Shown one piece after another: positions 44,939-55,021 of a DNA stretch of 64,000 nt. The notes beneath the pieces were generated by a model. That model did no database searches and was not told where the DNA came from. It worked only from the letters and a program-made list of their open reading frames with translations. Made by a program: the position numbers and the translations under genes. Source of the stretch: Oligoflexales bacterium (GTDB taxonomy: Bacteria; Bdellovibrionota_B; Oligoflexia; Oligoflexales; JAPPIL01); the NCBI GenBank assembly GCA_965215515.1, contig OZ244057.1:1408001-1472000 (forward strand), read 5' to 3'. Within the stretch, counting starts at the first letter, position 1. The number at the start of each line of letters is the position of its first letter.

Positions 44939-45880
44939 CTAGGGTTGCGCACGCAGCTTCTCCAGATCTTTGGCAATGATGACCAGATTACTCTTAACCG
45001 TGTGCAAGTTCTCCGCCTGAGGATAAAGCGTCAACGCCCGTTCCAAATAAGTCTTAGCCTCGTTGAGATAAGCAGCACGGGTATTGCGATCGGTAATCGG
45101 CCCCGCTTTCTGAAAGGCAAGAGCAGCACGTTTGCGCAAATCATGCACCGCCTTGTTGCTGATCTCGACGAGTTTTTCCTGCGCGATGTGAAACAAAGGA
45201 CTGCGTCGCGCAAGCGTGGCAATTTTCTTGATCGCGTCCTGATACTCACCCTGCGTAGCGAGCGTTTCAGCCTCCAACAGAATGTTGTCATCGCGGCGAA
45301 AGCGATCGGTGTCGATCTCCTGTGCCACATGCGCTGTAGTACGATCGTTGCGCGCTCCAGGAATAATCAACATGGTTTCCAACGCATCGAGATCGTGACG
45401 CAAACGCTTCAATCTCGCCTGCAACAAACTCTCGAAATCACGGTGAAAATCACTATCACCCACCTGCATCGCCAGCACCTTCGCTGCCGTAGCGAAGAAG
45501 CGCGGATAATTAAGGAAAGGATTGGTGCTCAGCGCCTGTAAAATGTCAAAGTGATAACGCAAAGCGACCGCCTGCAACGATACCCCCGCCTTGCCTGCCA
45601 CCTCCTCCAAAACGATAGCCGCCAACAACGCCTCCGCCACCGAATCAGGAGCAGGGGGCGTGCCCGCCCGCATCACCCGTGCCACAACCTCCGCGGGCAA
45701 CCTGCCGCCGACGAGATACTCCCACAGATCACGTTCGAGCGGCCGCACCGCAGACTCAAGCGCCACCCGCGGCGGCGACACCCTGACCTGCTCCGCGGGA
45801 GAGAGCTGACTCACCATACGTGCACAAGAAGTATGCAATGTCAAAAACATACACGAGATGAGGAGATAAAAATAAAACAT
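44939..45880 (-). CDS. Hypothetical helical (TPR-like) lipoprotein
   Basis: Hydrophobic N-terminus ending TSC, C-terminal helical repeats. Confidence 0.6.
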   Translation of the reverse strand: MFYFYLLISCMFLTLHTSCARMVSQLSPAEQVRVSPPRVALESAVRPLERDLWEYLVGGRLPAEVVARVMRAGTPPAPDSVAEALLAAIVLEEVAGKAGVSLQAVALRYHFDILQALSTNPFLNYPRFFATAAKVLAMQVGDSDFHRDFESLLQARLKRLRHDLDALETMLIIPGARNDRTTAHVAQEIDTDRFRRDDNILLEAETLATQGEYQDAIKKIATLARRSPLFHIAQEKLVEISNKAVHDLRKRAALAFQKAGPITDRNTRAAYLNEAKTYLERALTLYPQAENLHTVKSNLVIIAKDLEKLRAQP

Positions 45881-46010
45881 AAATCCACCCTAAAGGATAA
45901 AAACACAAGGCGCGCCATCGTACCACAACAGCACAATTGGAGCGAGAAAATTATCGTGGCATACGCCTTCGTAAAAACACCGTTAAAGACCAAACATGCT
46001 GTGTGTTACG

Positions 46011-46042
46011 CCAGTACTACCAGTACTACCTCAGTACTACCT
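46011..46042. repeat. Triple direct repeat CAGTACTAC in a divergent promoter region
   Basis: ccagtacta-ccagtacta-cctcagtacta-cct. Confidence 0.8.
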
Positions 46043-46102
46043 ATTTTTCTAAGCTTATCAAGTAGTTGAGAGGAGGCAGGACTCCTATGATAAAATAAAG
46101 GC

Positions 46103-47866
46103 ATGGGCAACACCAGCAGAGATGGAGTAATGCGCACCGCGACGTTTTTTTTGCTGAGCGGTCTGTGCCTCTACTACCTGCTCGCCCTGGGCAGTTTCTC
46201 ACCCTTCGACCCCTCCTCGGTCGCCGCGGGTAGCGGCGCAGTGGCAACCCTGCACAATCTCGGTGGGACACTGGGTGCGCACCTGAGCGGAGCGGTATAC
46301 TACTACCTCGGTCTCGTCGGCTTCGCACTGCCCCCTGCCGCTCTCTACCTGTACGCCCGCCGTCGGCGCTTAATTACCCTCCTGCTCGTCACCCAATCAT
46401 TGCTCTGTTCGTTGTACGCACTGGAAGTCTACGCGCCCGCCACCTCCCTGTTTGGCATCGCCATGCCCCCTGCAGGAGCGATAGGGCGCGGCTTGGTCGT
46501 GCAAATCAACACCACCCTAGGCATTGTGGGCGGGCATGTCGTCGCCCTGACACTGCTCGGCTACCTCCTGCTCCTGGCGACACACGCAGACCTACTAGCC
46601 CGCATCGGGCGAGCGATGGCGAAATTACCGCGGCAACGCGCCCGCAAAACAGCGACATCACCGCCACAGAAAGAAGTTGCCGCGCACACCCTATTTCAGG
46701 TCAGCGCGACCACAAAAACATCCGCCCACGAGGCACAACACCGTCAAACCTCCGCCCTGATCAAAAAAACACTGCTTGATTTTAAAATCGGTGGTGAAAT
46801 CCTCGGCTGGCACACCACCCCAGTAGTGACAGTGTACGAATTTCAACCCCAACCTGGTATCCGACAAGCACAAATAACCGCACTGGCTGGCGATCTGGCT
46901 CTCGCCCTGCGCGTCAGTGCCATTATCATTCTACCGCTGGCAGGGCGCAAAGCACTGGGTATCCAAATTCCCAACCAACAGCGGCACACCGTCTACCTCG
47001 GCGATATTCTCCGCAGCCCTGCTTTCCAAGACAACGATTCGCCGCTAAATTTCGCTCTCGGTCGTGACACCAACGGCGATGCCGTATGCTGCGATTTGCA
47101 GAACATGCCACACCTCCTGATCGCAGGGAGTACAGGATCAGGTAAATCCGTCGCCATCAACTCATTGCTGTGCAGTATCCTCGCACACCCCCACGCGACA
47201 CAGGTGAAACTGCTCCTGGTAGACCCCAAACTACTGGAGCTGTCCGCCTACGATGGCATCCCCCACCTCTTGCAACCCGTCATTACCGATGTCGAACACA
47301 CCCGCCAAGCCCTGCAGATGATCGGCAAAGAGATGCAACAACGCTACACCCTGCTAAAAAAACTTAACGTGCGGAACATCGCAGCCTTCCGTCACAAATG
47401 GGCACAGCTGCCACGCTCCGAAAAAACCCACCTGCGACAAGAATACAGCAATATTCTCCAACACGAACAACTGCCCTACATCGTGATCGTTATCGACGAA
47501 CTAGCCGACCTGATGCTAGCCGCCCCGCGTGAGATAGAACAATGCATCCAAAGCGTCGCACAAAAAGCACGCGCCAGCGGCATTCATCTCGTGCTCGCGA
47601 CACAACGACCATCCGTCGATGTTATCACTGGCGTTATCAAAGCCAACCTCCCCTGTCGCATCGCCTTTCGCGTCACATCACGCCACGATAGCCGTACCAT
47701 ACTCGATATCATGGGAGCAGAAAAATTACTCGGCAAAGGCGACATGCTCTTTCAATGCCCTGGTATGGTGCGCCCCCAACGCATTCAAGGCACATTGGTC
47801 AACGACGAAGAAGTGCAAACCCTAGTCAGCAAACTGCGCGGCAAGCGAGCTAAATATAATAGCTAA
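46103..47866 (+). CDS. ftsK: DNA translocase FtsK lacking the gamma domain
   Basis: N-terminal TM region (NLGG.LGA), MPHLLIAGSTGSGKS, IDELADLM, ATQRPSVDVITG, GAEKLLGKGDML; ends shortly after the motor. Confidence 0.93.
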   Translation: MGNTSRDGVMRTATFFLLSGLCLYYLLALGSFSPFDPSSVAAGSGAVATLHNLGGTLGAHLSGAVYYYLGLVGFALPPAALYLYARRRRLITLLLVTQSLLCSLYALEVYAPATSLFGIAMPPAGAIGRGLVVQINTTLGIVGGHVVALTLLGYLLLLATHADLLARIGRAMAKLPRQRARKTATSPPQKEVAAHTLFQVSATTKTSAHEAQHRQTSALIKKTLLDFKIGGEILGWHTTPVVTVYEFQPQPGIRQAQITALAGDLALALRVSAIIILPLAGRKALGIQIPNQQRHTVYLGDILRSPAFQDNDSPLNFALGRDTNGDAVCCDLQNMPHLLIAGSTGSGKSVAINSLLCSILAHPHATQVKLLLVDPKLLELSAYDGIPHLLQPVITDVEHTRQALQMIGKEMQQRYTLLKKLNVRNIAAFRHKWAQLPRSEKTHLRQEYSNILQHEQLPYIVIVIDELADLMLAAPREIEQCIQSVAQKARASGIHLVLATQRPSVDVITGVIKANLPCRIAFRVTSRHDSRTILDIMGAEKLLGKGDMLFQCPGMVRPQRIQGTLVNDEEVQTLVSKLRGKRAKYNS

Positions 47867-48020
47867 ATTTAAATTTGTGAGGAATGTAAGTTTTATATAG
47901 CTATCTAAAAATCTAATTTTAAATTTTTGAACAACAAAGTCGCGATTAGATTTTTTACTACGAATGCGATAGAATTGAGCGTAAGTGGTAAACACAAAAA
48001 CTCTTTACGGGTAGACAGTT

Positions 48021-50039
48021 ATGGGCGAAACAAGGCCTCCCGCGTCGACACTAGGTGGTTTGCTGGCTGGTAGTTTGGATGGTTTTGCGGCAATTACAGC
48101 ACGACTGCAAGATGGTGAACTGTTCGCAGGTTGTACTCTAGAACAAAAGCATGCGGGCTTGGCCTGTTTGTCTGACTACGATACCAGTATTTGGTTCGTG
48201 GGGCGGGAGATATGGGCTTCGCCTGCCAAGCTTAGCCGTCTGGAGAAAAAGAACAAAGACACGACATTCACTTTCTTTTATGTCGTTTCCGAGGCAGAGT
48301 ACCACAGCTTGCCCATCGAATTGCGTATGCCCATCTACAGCAAGATCATTACGCCGATTTCCGTGCACAACCTTCATGAAATCATCTCGACGGCACAATT
48401 TTCCCAGCGAGACATGCGTACGGCGATGCGTGAACAGGTGCAAACCAGCAAGGATATAGCTGATGTTAAGCATGTCTTGTCGATGTCACGGCAGCTGAAC
48501 GGTGTGCGGGATGTGCCCAAGCTGCTGCATTTGATTCTCGAAAAGGCACGTGAGATCACCAGCGCCGATGCGGGCTCGATTTATGAGGTTGAATTGCCTA
48601 CAGATGACGTGAGCGACGGCATGATTCACTTTCGTTTCACCCAAAATTACTCGGCCAAACAGGACTTGTCTGCCTTTTCTATCCCTGTCGATGACAGCTC
48701 GGTGGTAGGCAACTGTGTTCTGCGCAAAGCATCGATCAATGTCGAAGACCTTTACAAACTGTCCTCCGAGACTGAACATCCCCACGCTCCACGAGGCTTG
48801 CAACACAACAAATCGTTTGACCAAAAGCTCAACTATCGCTCGCATTCGATGTTGACCACACCGATTTTCGATATTTCACGACAGGTCATCGGGGTTATTC
48901 AATTGCTCAACCGTAAACACAACTTCGCGGCCAAGCTGCTAACTCCCCGAGACTTCGCACAACAAGTCGTGCCCTTCAATGACAAAGACATCGAGCATGT
49001 GGAAATCGTCGCTCAACAGTCGGGTATCGCGCTGGAAAACGCTCGTATGCACGAGGAAATTCAAAATTTGTTCGATGGTTTTGTCGATGCCTCGATCACC
49101 ATAATCGAACAACGTGATCCGACGACCAGCGGACATTCACACCGTGTCGCAGCGATGACGATGGATTTGGCACGTATCGTCAACGATATCGATGAGGGTG
49201 AGTTTCGCGAGCTGCGTTTCAGCGAAGCACAGATGCGAGAACTCCATTACGCCGCGTTGCTGCATGATTTTGGCAAACTCGGCGTGAGTGAGAATGTCTT
49301 GGTCAAAGCTAAAAAGCTCTATCCGTGGCAGATGGATAACTTACTGGAGCGCTTTGAGTTGATTAAGGCTTCGTACGAGATCGAATATCTCAACAAGATG
49401 CTCACCATCCACCAGGAAGGTGGCGATACCGTTGAGGATATTCGTGCGAGGATATATCGCCGCGATCGCGACAAAAAACTCGCCGAGCTCGCCGATTGTC
49501 TGGAGTTCATTATCAAGAACAACGAGCCTAGTGTAACGACAGGACGCAGCGCTAAAGAACGCATCCATGACATCGGCAAACGCACTTTCATCGATATGCA
49601 AGGCAACGAACAGCGTTTTTTAACCGACATCGACATGGACTCTCTCTCGGTAACTAAAGGCTCACTAACCGCAGACGAATTTTTTCAAATTCAAGGACAT
49701 GTTACCCATACATACGAGTTTTTGAAAAAAATTCCCTGGAGCAAAGGCCTTACCTCTATCCCTGACATCGCAGCTAAGCACCACGAAAAACTCGACGGCT
49801 CTGGTTACCCCCACAAGGTGGCGGCGAACGCCATTCCTGTCCAAACACGTATCATGACCATCGCCGACATCTTCGATGCCCTTACCGCCGCTGATCGCCC
49901 TTACAAAAAATCCATCTCCCCCGACAACGCCTTGCACATCATGGGAGAAGAAGTTAAACAAGGGAAACTCGACGCAGACCTATTTGACCTGTTCATCGAA
50001 GCCAAAAACTACCTACAGGTTATCCAAAAAGTCGATTAG
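48021..50039 (+). CDS. GAF + HD-GYP c-di-GMP phosphodiesterase
   Basis: GAF (ADAGSIY...IGVIQLLN), GHSHRV, LLHDFGK, HHEKLDGSGYP, ADIFDALT..DRPYK. Confidence 0.93.
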   Translation: MGETRPPASTLGGLLAGSLDGFAAITARLQDGELFAGCTLEQKHAGLACLSDYDTSIWFVGREIWASPAKLSRLEKKNKDTTFTFFYVVSEAEYHSLPIELRMPIYSKIITPISVHNLHEIISTAQFSQRDMRTAMREQVQTSKDIADVKHVLSMSRQLNGVRDVPKLLHLILEKAREITSADAGSIYEVELPTDDVSDGMIHFRFTQNYSAKQDLSAFSIPVDDSSVVGNCVLRKASINVEDLYKLSSETEHPHAPRGLQHNKSFDQKLNYRSHSMLTTPIFDISRQVIGVIQLLNRKHNFAAKLLTPRDFAQQVVPFNDKDIEHVEIVAQQSGIALENARMHEEIQNLFDGFVDASITIIEQRDPTTSGHSHRVAAMTMDLARIVNDIDEGEFRELRFSEAQMRELHYAALLHDFGKLGVSENVLVKAKKLYPWQMDNLLERFELIKASYEIEYLNKMLTIHQEGGDTVEDIRARIYRRDRDKKLAELADCLEFIIKNNEPSVTTGRSAKERIHDIGKRTFIDMQGNEQRFLTDIDMDSLSVTKGSLTADEFFQIQGHVTHTYEFLKKIPWSKGLTSIPDIAAKHHEKLDGSGYPHKVAANAIPVQTRIMTIADIFDALTAADRPYKKSISPDNALHIMGEEVKQGKLDADLFDLFIEAKNYLQVIQKVD

Positions 50040-50103
50040 CTTTAGGTTAATACTCATCTGTGCTCCTTTTGTGCGGCGCGTAACTGCCCTAGCGACAGCA
50101 GGA

Positions 50104-50364
50104 TCAGGGTAGACGCAGCACCAGAACAAGCAATGCAACTAACGCGACGAAAAGCAACACGGAGATGGCGATGATGCTCACGGTGTTTTTCCCTCGCGGC
50201 AGCTGCGGGAGTGGGCGCGGCATTTTGTCGGTGATGGTCGTGCTCTCGCTACGTTCCCCGTCACCGAATCCGTGTGTGTCTTCGGCACGGCGATGCAGCT
50301 TGGCCATCACCTCCGCTTCGATAGCGGTGATCACCTTATCCATGCGCTGCTGCTCTCGTTCCAT
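50104..50364 (-). CDS. Small protein with C-terminal TM helix
   Basis: ATG 50364 after GAGG, 11 nt downstream of the secA stop. Confidence 0.55.
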   Translation of the reverse strand: MEREQQRMDKVITAIEAEVMAKLHRRAEDTHGFGDGERSESTTITDKMPRPLPQLPRGKNTVSIIAISVLLFVALVALLVLVLRLP

Positions 50365-50375
50365 AGCTAACCTCA

Positions 50376-53051
50376 CTATATCTGGGCGGGGGCAGCAGCG
50401 CCAGGCCGTCCACAACATTTCTTATACTTGCGCCCTGAACCGCAAGGACACAGTGCGTTCCTGCCGACCTTCTCGGATTCTCGCCGAAACGGTTGCGGGG
50501 TCGCTTGCGAGTCAGAACGTTGGTAGGCTACCGCCTCAGGGGGTTCTTGCTCCTGAACTTGATCGGGAGCGGGGTGCTGCATGATAAGTTCGTCTTCGCG
50601 GCGCACCGCGGCCTGCTCGACGTACTCGATACGGGGCGGTGGCATGCGTACCAGCGTGAACATCGTGTCCTCTTCGATGCGCATCCACATGCCGTTGAAC
50701 AGATTAAAGGCTTCTTTCTTGTATTCTTGCAGAGGGTCACGCTGTGCATAACCACGTAAGCTCACCGCATCTTTTAAGTTGTCCATCGACAATAGATGAT
50801 CTTTCCAGGCCACGTCGATAATCTGTAGATAGATGTGCGATTCCAACTGACCCAGAATAGAAGGCTCGATTTCTTTGACCTTGTCCTTATAGGCAGCTTC
50901 GATCTGCTCGCGCGCACTTTGCAACACCCCTTCAATCGCTATTTCCTCGCCATCACGATCGACAATCCGCACCCGTGGTAAATTGAATTGCTTGTTTATT
51001 TCGTCTTGCAGCGGAGCTAGCTCCCAGTGATCGGAGTTGGTCGCTTCGGGGGAAAGACGGGCGGCAATATCGTGACAGACACGGTTGATTACCGCGCTGA
51101 AGAAATCGTTAATTTCCGACTGTGCCTCCAGTGCGGCACGCCGTCGCAGGTAAACCACCTGTCGTTGCTGGTTCATAACGTCGTCGTATTCGAGCAGATG
51201 TTTACGGCTGGAGAAGTTCTGCTCTTCGACTTTTTTCTGGGCACGCTCAATCGCTCGTGACACCATCGGCGAGACGATCGACTCACCTTCCTCCATGCCG
51301 AGCCGTGCCATAATGCCAGAGAGACGATCGGAAGCGAAAATACGCATCAAATCGTCTTCCAACGACAGAAAAAACTTGCTTTCGCCAGGGTCACCTTGCC
51401 GTCCTGAACGTCCTCGCAGCTGGTTGTCGATGCGGCGCGACTCACCTCGTTCCGTGCCGATAACCAGCAGACCACCCTGAGCGGCTATGCCTTCGCCTAG
51501 AATGATGTCCGTGCCTCGTCCTGCCATGTTGGTGGAGATAGTCACTGCCCCGCGTTCACCTGCCTTCTGGATAATCGCGGCCTCGCGCGCGTGGTTCTTG
51601 GCGTTGAGTACCTCGTGCGGAATGTTTTTCTTGCTCAGTAACTGTGACACCAGCTCGGATTTAGCCACCGACTGTGTGCCGACTAGTACTGGCCGACCCG
51701 ACCGCTGTGCCTGTGCGATCTCATGCACGATTTGGTTGAATTTTTCTCGTGCGGTGCGATAGATAACGTCTTCTTGGTCCTTGCGAATCATTTTTTTGTT
51801 AGTCGGGAGGACGACCACATCGAGCTTGTAGATTTTTTTGAGTTCCACCGCTTCCGTGTCTGCCGTGCCTGTCATGCCTGCCAGAACTTTATACATGCGA
51901 AAATAATTCTGAAAACTGATCGTCGCCAACGTCTGTGTCTCGCTCTGCACGGGTAAATTCTCTTTCGCTTCCAACGCTCCGTGCAACCCCTCGCTGTACC
52001 TACGGCCTGGCATCAAGCGCCCTGTGTGCTCATCGACGATAATCACCTGCTTGTCACGCACAACGTAATCCACATCTTTACGAAACAGTACGTGCGCCTT
52101 CAGCGATTGCGAAATATGATGCAACACGTCGATATTCTGCGGAGCGTAGAGATTGTCTACACCGAGCTTGGCTTCGACTTTGCTGATCCCGTCTTCGGTA
52201 AGACTGGCGGTATGCGCCTTTTCGTCAACGGTATAGTCGATGCCTTTCTTGAGATCGGGGATTGCTTTGTCGGTTTTGAGGTATAAATCGGTGGCTGTTT
52301 CGGCAGGCCCTGAAATAATCAGCGGCGTGCGTGCTTCATCGATCAGGATAGAATCAACCTCATCGACGATGGCAAAATCTAACTCGCCCTGCACGATGTG
52401 GTCACCGCTCACCTTCATGTTGTCGCGCAAATAATCAAAACCAAATTCGTTGTTCGTGCCATAGGTGATCCCACAGGAGTACACTGCTTTGCGTTCACGA
52501 TCGTCGAGACCATGCACGATCGCCCCGCAGGAAATCTGCAAAAAACGATAGATCTGCCCCATCCACTCGGCATCACGTTTGGCGAGATAGTCGTTGACGG
52601 TAACGAGATGTGCCCCCTGTCCGCTCAAGGCGTAGAGGTAGAGAGGCAGGGTCGCGGTCAAGGTCTTGCCTTCCCCTGTCTTCATCTCGGCAATCTTGCC
52701 TTCGTAAAGCACGATCCCCCCCATCAACTGCACGTCGTAATGCCGTTGTCCGAGCACGCGGCGGGAGGCTTCTCGCACCGCGGCAAACGTTTCGGGCAAT
52801 AAGCTGGCACGTGTTGCACCGTTGGCTAGCTTTTGTTTGAAGGCCGCCGTCGTCTGCTGTAACTGCGCATCGTCGCAGGCACGCATACTGTCTTCGAAGG
52901 CAGCGATACGTGCCACCATCGCCTTGAGGCGTTTGATTTCCCTGTCGTTCTTACTGCCGAAAATTTTCTTGAGAAACTGCACGCGCACCACCCGCCTACC
53001 ACTCGGCCAGGCTTTATCGTCGCCCTTCCGACTCCTCTTTAATTCTTGCAC
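50376..53051 (-). CDS. secA: Preprotein translocase ATPase SecA
   Basis: EMKTGEGKT, VDEVDSILIDEARTPLIISG, NMAGRGTDI, SEC-C CPCGSGRKYKKCC; true start probably GTG 52982. Confidence 0.98.
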   Translation of the reverse strand: MQELKRSRKGDDKAWPSGRRVVRVQFLKKIFGSKNDREIKRLKAMVARIAAFEDSMRACDDAQLQQTTAAFKQKLANGATRASLLPETFAAVREASRRVLGQRHYDVQLMGGIVLYEGKIAEMKTGEGKTLTATLPLYLYALSGQGAHLVTVNDYLAKRDAEWMGQIYRFLQISCGAIVHGLDDRERKAVYSCGITYGTNNEFGFDYLRDNMKVSGDHIVQGELDFAIVDEVDSILIDEARTPLIISGPAETATDLYLKTDKAIPDLKKGIDYTVDEKAHTASLTEDGISKVEAKLGVDNLYAPQNIDVLHHISQSLKAHVLFRKDVDYVVRDKQVIIVDEHTGRLMPGRRYSEGLHGALEAKENLPVQSETQTLATISFQNYFRMYKVLAGMTGTADTEAVELKKIYKLDVVVLPTNKKMIRKDQEDVIYRTAREKFNQIVHEIAQAQRSGRPVLVGTQSVAKSELVSQLLSKKNIPHEVLNAKNHAREAAIIQKAGERGAVTISTNMAGRGTDIILGEGIAAQGGLLVIGTERGESRRIDNQLRGRSGRQGDPGESKFFLSLEDDLMRIFASDRLSGIMARLGMEEGESIVSPMVSRAIERAQKKVEEQNFSSRKHLLEYDDVMNQQRQVVYLRRRAALEAQSEINDFFSAVINRVCHDIAARLSPEATNSDHWELAPLQDEINKQFNLPRVRIVDRDGEEIAIEGVLQSAREQIEAAYKDKVKEIEPSILGQLESHIYLQIIDVAWKDHLLSMDNLKDAVSLRGYAQRDPLQEYKKEAFNLFNGMWMRIEEDTMFTLVRMPPPRIEYVEQAAVRREDELIMQHPAPDQVQEQEPPEAVAYQRSDSQATPQPFRRESEKVGRNALCPCGSGRKYKKCCGRPGAAAPAQI

Positions 53052-53078
53052 AGTGTGCTGCGTAAAGACAGGTTTTTA

Positions 53079-54056
53079 TTAGAAGAGGTTCTGTTCGCCG
53101 AGACCGAGAATGAATTTACGCGGGTTGCTCGGATGACCGTTGACCCACACCTCGTAGTGCAGATGCGGCCCCGTCGTGCGCCCTGAAGCTCCTACCGTGC
53201 CGATCTGATCGCCGCGCCTAACCTTCTGCCCAGGCCGCACGAGGTTGTGGGCGTTATGCCCGTAGCGCGTCACAATACCATAACCGTGTGCGATCATGAT
53301 AAAGTTGCCGAAGTTTGCTTTGCGTCCCGAAAAAATTACCACCCCATCGGCGGGGGCGAGGATGGGCGTGCCGATGGAGCTGGCGATGTCCATGCCACGG
53401 TGGCGGGTACGTTCGCCTGTGAAAGGGGAGATACGATAACCAAAACCGCTGCTCACCCAGCCTTTGACGGGGTAGATGGAGGGAATCGACGATAACAACG
53501 AGCGTTTCTTGTCGAGTTTGGACAGTAGTCGCTGCATTTCGAAAGTCCTACGCCGTGCTTGATCGCTGACATCGGAAAGTTGCTGAAGCACGGGGCTGAA
53601 GGTCAATTCGTCGATGTCGATACCTGCGGGCACAACTTCGTCGTTATGCTGTGCCTGCGGCGGTTGGATTGCCGCGCTGTCGAGCGCACGAGCATTGAAC
53701 TCGGCATCGCTCAAGGGGCCGATACCCGTGCGGGTATTGATTTTTTTGGTGTCGATCTGCGTCAATTCGTCTAGGCGCGCGGTGTAGTTATGCACCACCT
53801 TGAGGGCATGTTTTACCTCGCTCAGCTTCTCGGCTAGCACCCGCACTTCGCTCTTCACCCCTTCGTGCTCGACCGATAGGTCGCGGTAACGCTGTGCAGT
53901 GTGGCGCAAAGCGAAGTAATCCATGCCGAAGAACACCCCTGCATAGATGAGCACTAATGCCAGCCCTACGGCAACTTTGGGCACGAAACGCGGGATCCTA
54001 AACGTGTGTGAAGCACCAGCATCGCCAGGCACGACGATCAACGTCAAACGCTTCAT
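53079..54056 (-). CDS. M23 family metallopeptidase
   Basis: TM helix + coiled coil, HRGMD, RYGH, TGPHLHYEV; typical position upstream of secA. Confidence 0.93.
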   Translation of the reverse strand: MKRLTLIVVPGDAGASHTFRIPRFVPKVAVGLALVLIYAGVFFGMDYFALRHTAQRYRDLSVEHEGVKSEVRVLAEKLSEVKHALKVVHNYTARLDELTQIDTKKINTRTGIGPLSDAEFNARALDSAAIQPPQAQHNDEVVPAGIDIDELTFSPVLQQLSDVSDQARRRTFEMQRLLSKLDKKRSLLSSIPSIYPVKGWVSSGFGYRISPFTGERTRHRGMDIASSIGTPILAPADGVVIFSGRKANFGNFIMIAHGYGIVTRYGHNAHNLVRPGQKVRRGDQIGTVGASGRTTGPHLHYEVWVNGHPSNPRKFILGLGEQNLF

Positions 54057-54101
54057 CTCGCCACCTCGCGGTATAACTTGGCCAAACGCACCACCATCCT
54101 C

Positions 54102-54854
54102 CTAACTCCTGACTGTTACAACGATCAAGGTGATATTATCCTTACCGCCGCGCGCGTTCGCCAGCTCGACAAGCTCCTTAACGGCATTTAGCTTGTTTTT
54201 GTTAACCGTGCGCGAAATTTCCTCGTCGCTGATACGCCCGTGCATACCGTCTGAAGACAACACGAAGATATCGTCGCTCTCGATGGCGATGGTGCTGGTA
54301 TCGACATCTTCCATTTCCTGGTAGCCAACGCTGCGGGTGATGACATTCTGCATACGGGTGTTTTTTGCCTCTTCGCCGCTGATTACACCCGCGCGCAGCT
54401 GTTCTCCGACCAACGAGTGGTCGTTGGTCAGTTGGTAGATGAAACGGTCACGAATCAGGTAGATACGGCTGTCTCCGACATGTCCGATGTAGGCGCGCTT
54501 CCCGTAGATAATCAGCACGGAAGCTGTTGTGCCCATTCCCATCAGCTGTGGTTCTTCGAGGGCGCGTTCGAAGATACTGGTCGAGGCATGGTTGATCGCC
54601 TGTGTCAGTATCGAGCAGATGTGTGCTTGTCGTAGGTTCTCGTCCACGCTCGCCAGTTTGGTGGCGGTGGCATGTTCGTCGATCCAGCCCGCCACCCGCT
54701 TGACGCAGAGATCGCTGGCTACCTCGCCACCTGCGTGTCCTCCCATACCGTCCGCAACGATGAAGAGGCGACGTTTTTTGTCGACTAGAAACGCGTCCTG
54801 ATTGGAAGTGCGGGCCAAGCCGATGTCGGTATCGCCACGTGCGGTGATGTTCAT
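54102..54854 (-). CDS. PP2C-family Ser/Thr phosphatase
   Basis: R..NQD, VADGMGGH.GGEVAS, GMGTT, HVGDSR, SDG, GGKDNIT. Confidence 0.95.
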   Translation of the reverse strand: MNITARGDTDIGLARTSNQDAFLVDKKRRLFIVADGMGGHAGGEVASDLCVKRVAGWIDEHATATKLASVDENLRQAHICSILTQAINHASTSIFERALEEPQLMGMGTTASVLIIYGKRAYIGHVGDSRIYLIRDRFIYQLTNDHSLVGEQLRAGVISGEEAKNTRMQNVITRSVGYQEMEDVDTSTIAIESDDIFVLSSDGMHGRISDEEISRTVNKNKLNAVKELVELANARGGKDNITLIVVTVRS

Positions 54855-55021
54855 AAACTCCCGCGACTCGTCCGTCTTTCATTCTATCATCGCTGCGGTT
54901 GAGCCCGCATCTTTATCGTAACAAATTTCATCCTTCCCGCAAACTTTTTCAGGTAGTTCGGCAACAGTTGCCATCTTCATCACTTGCATCACATAATTGC
55001 CGTGTGGTAGGAATTGCCCCC

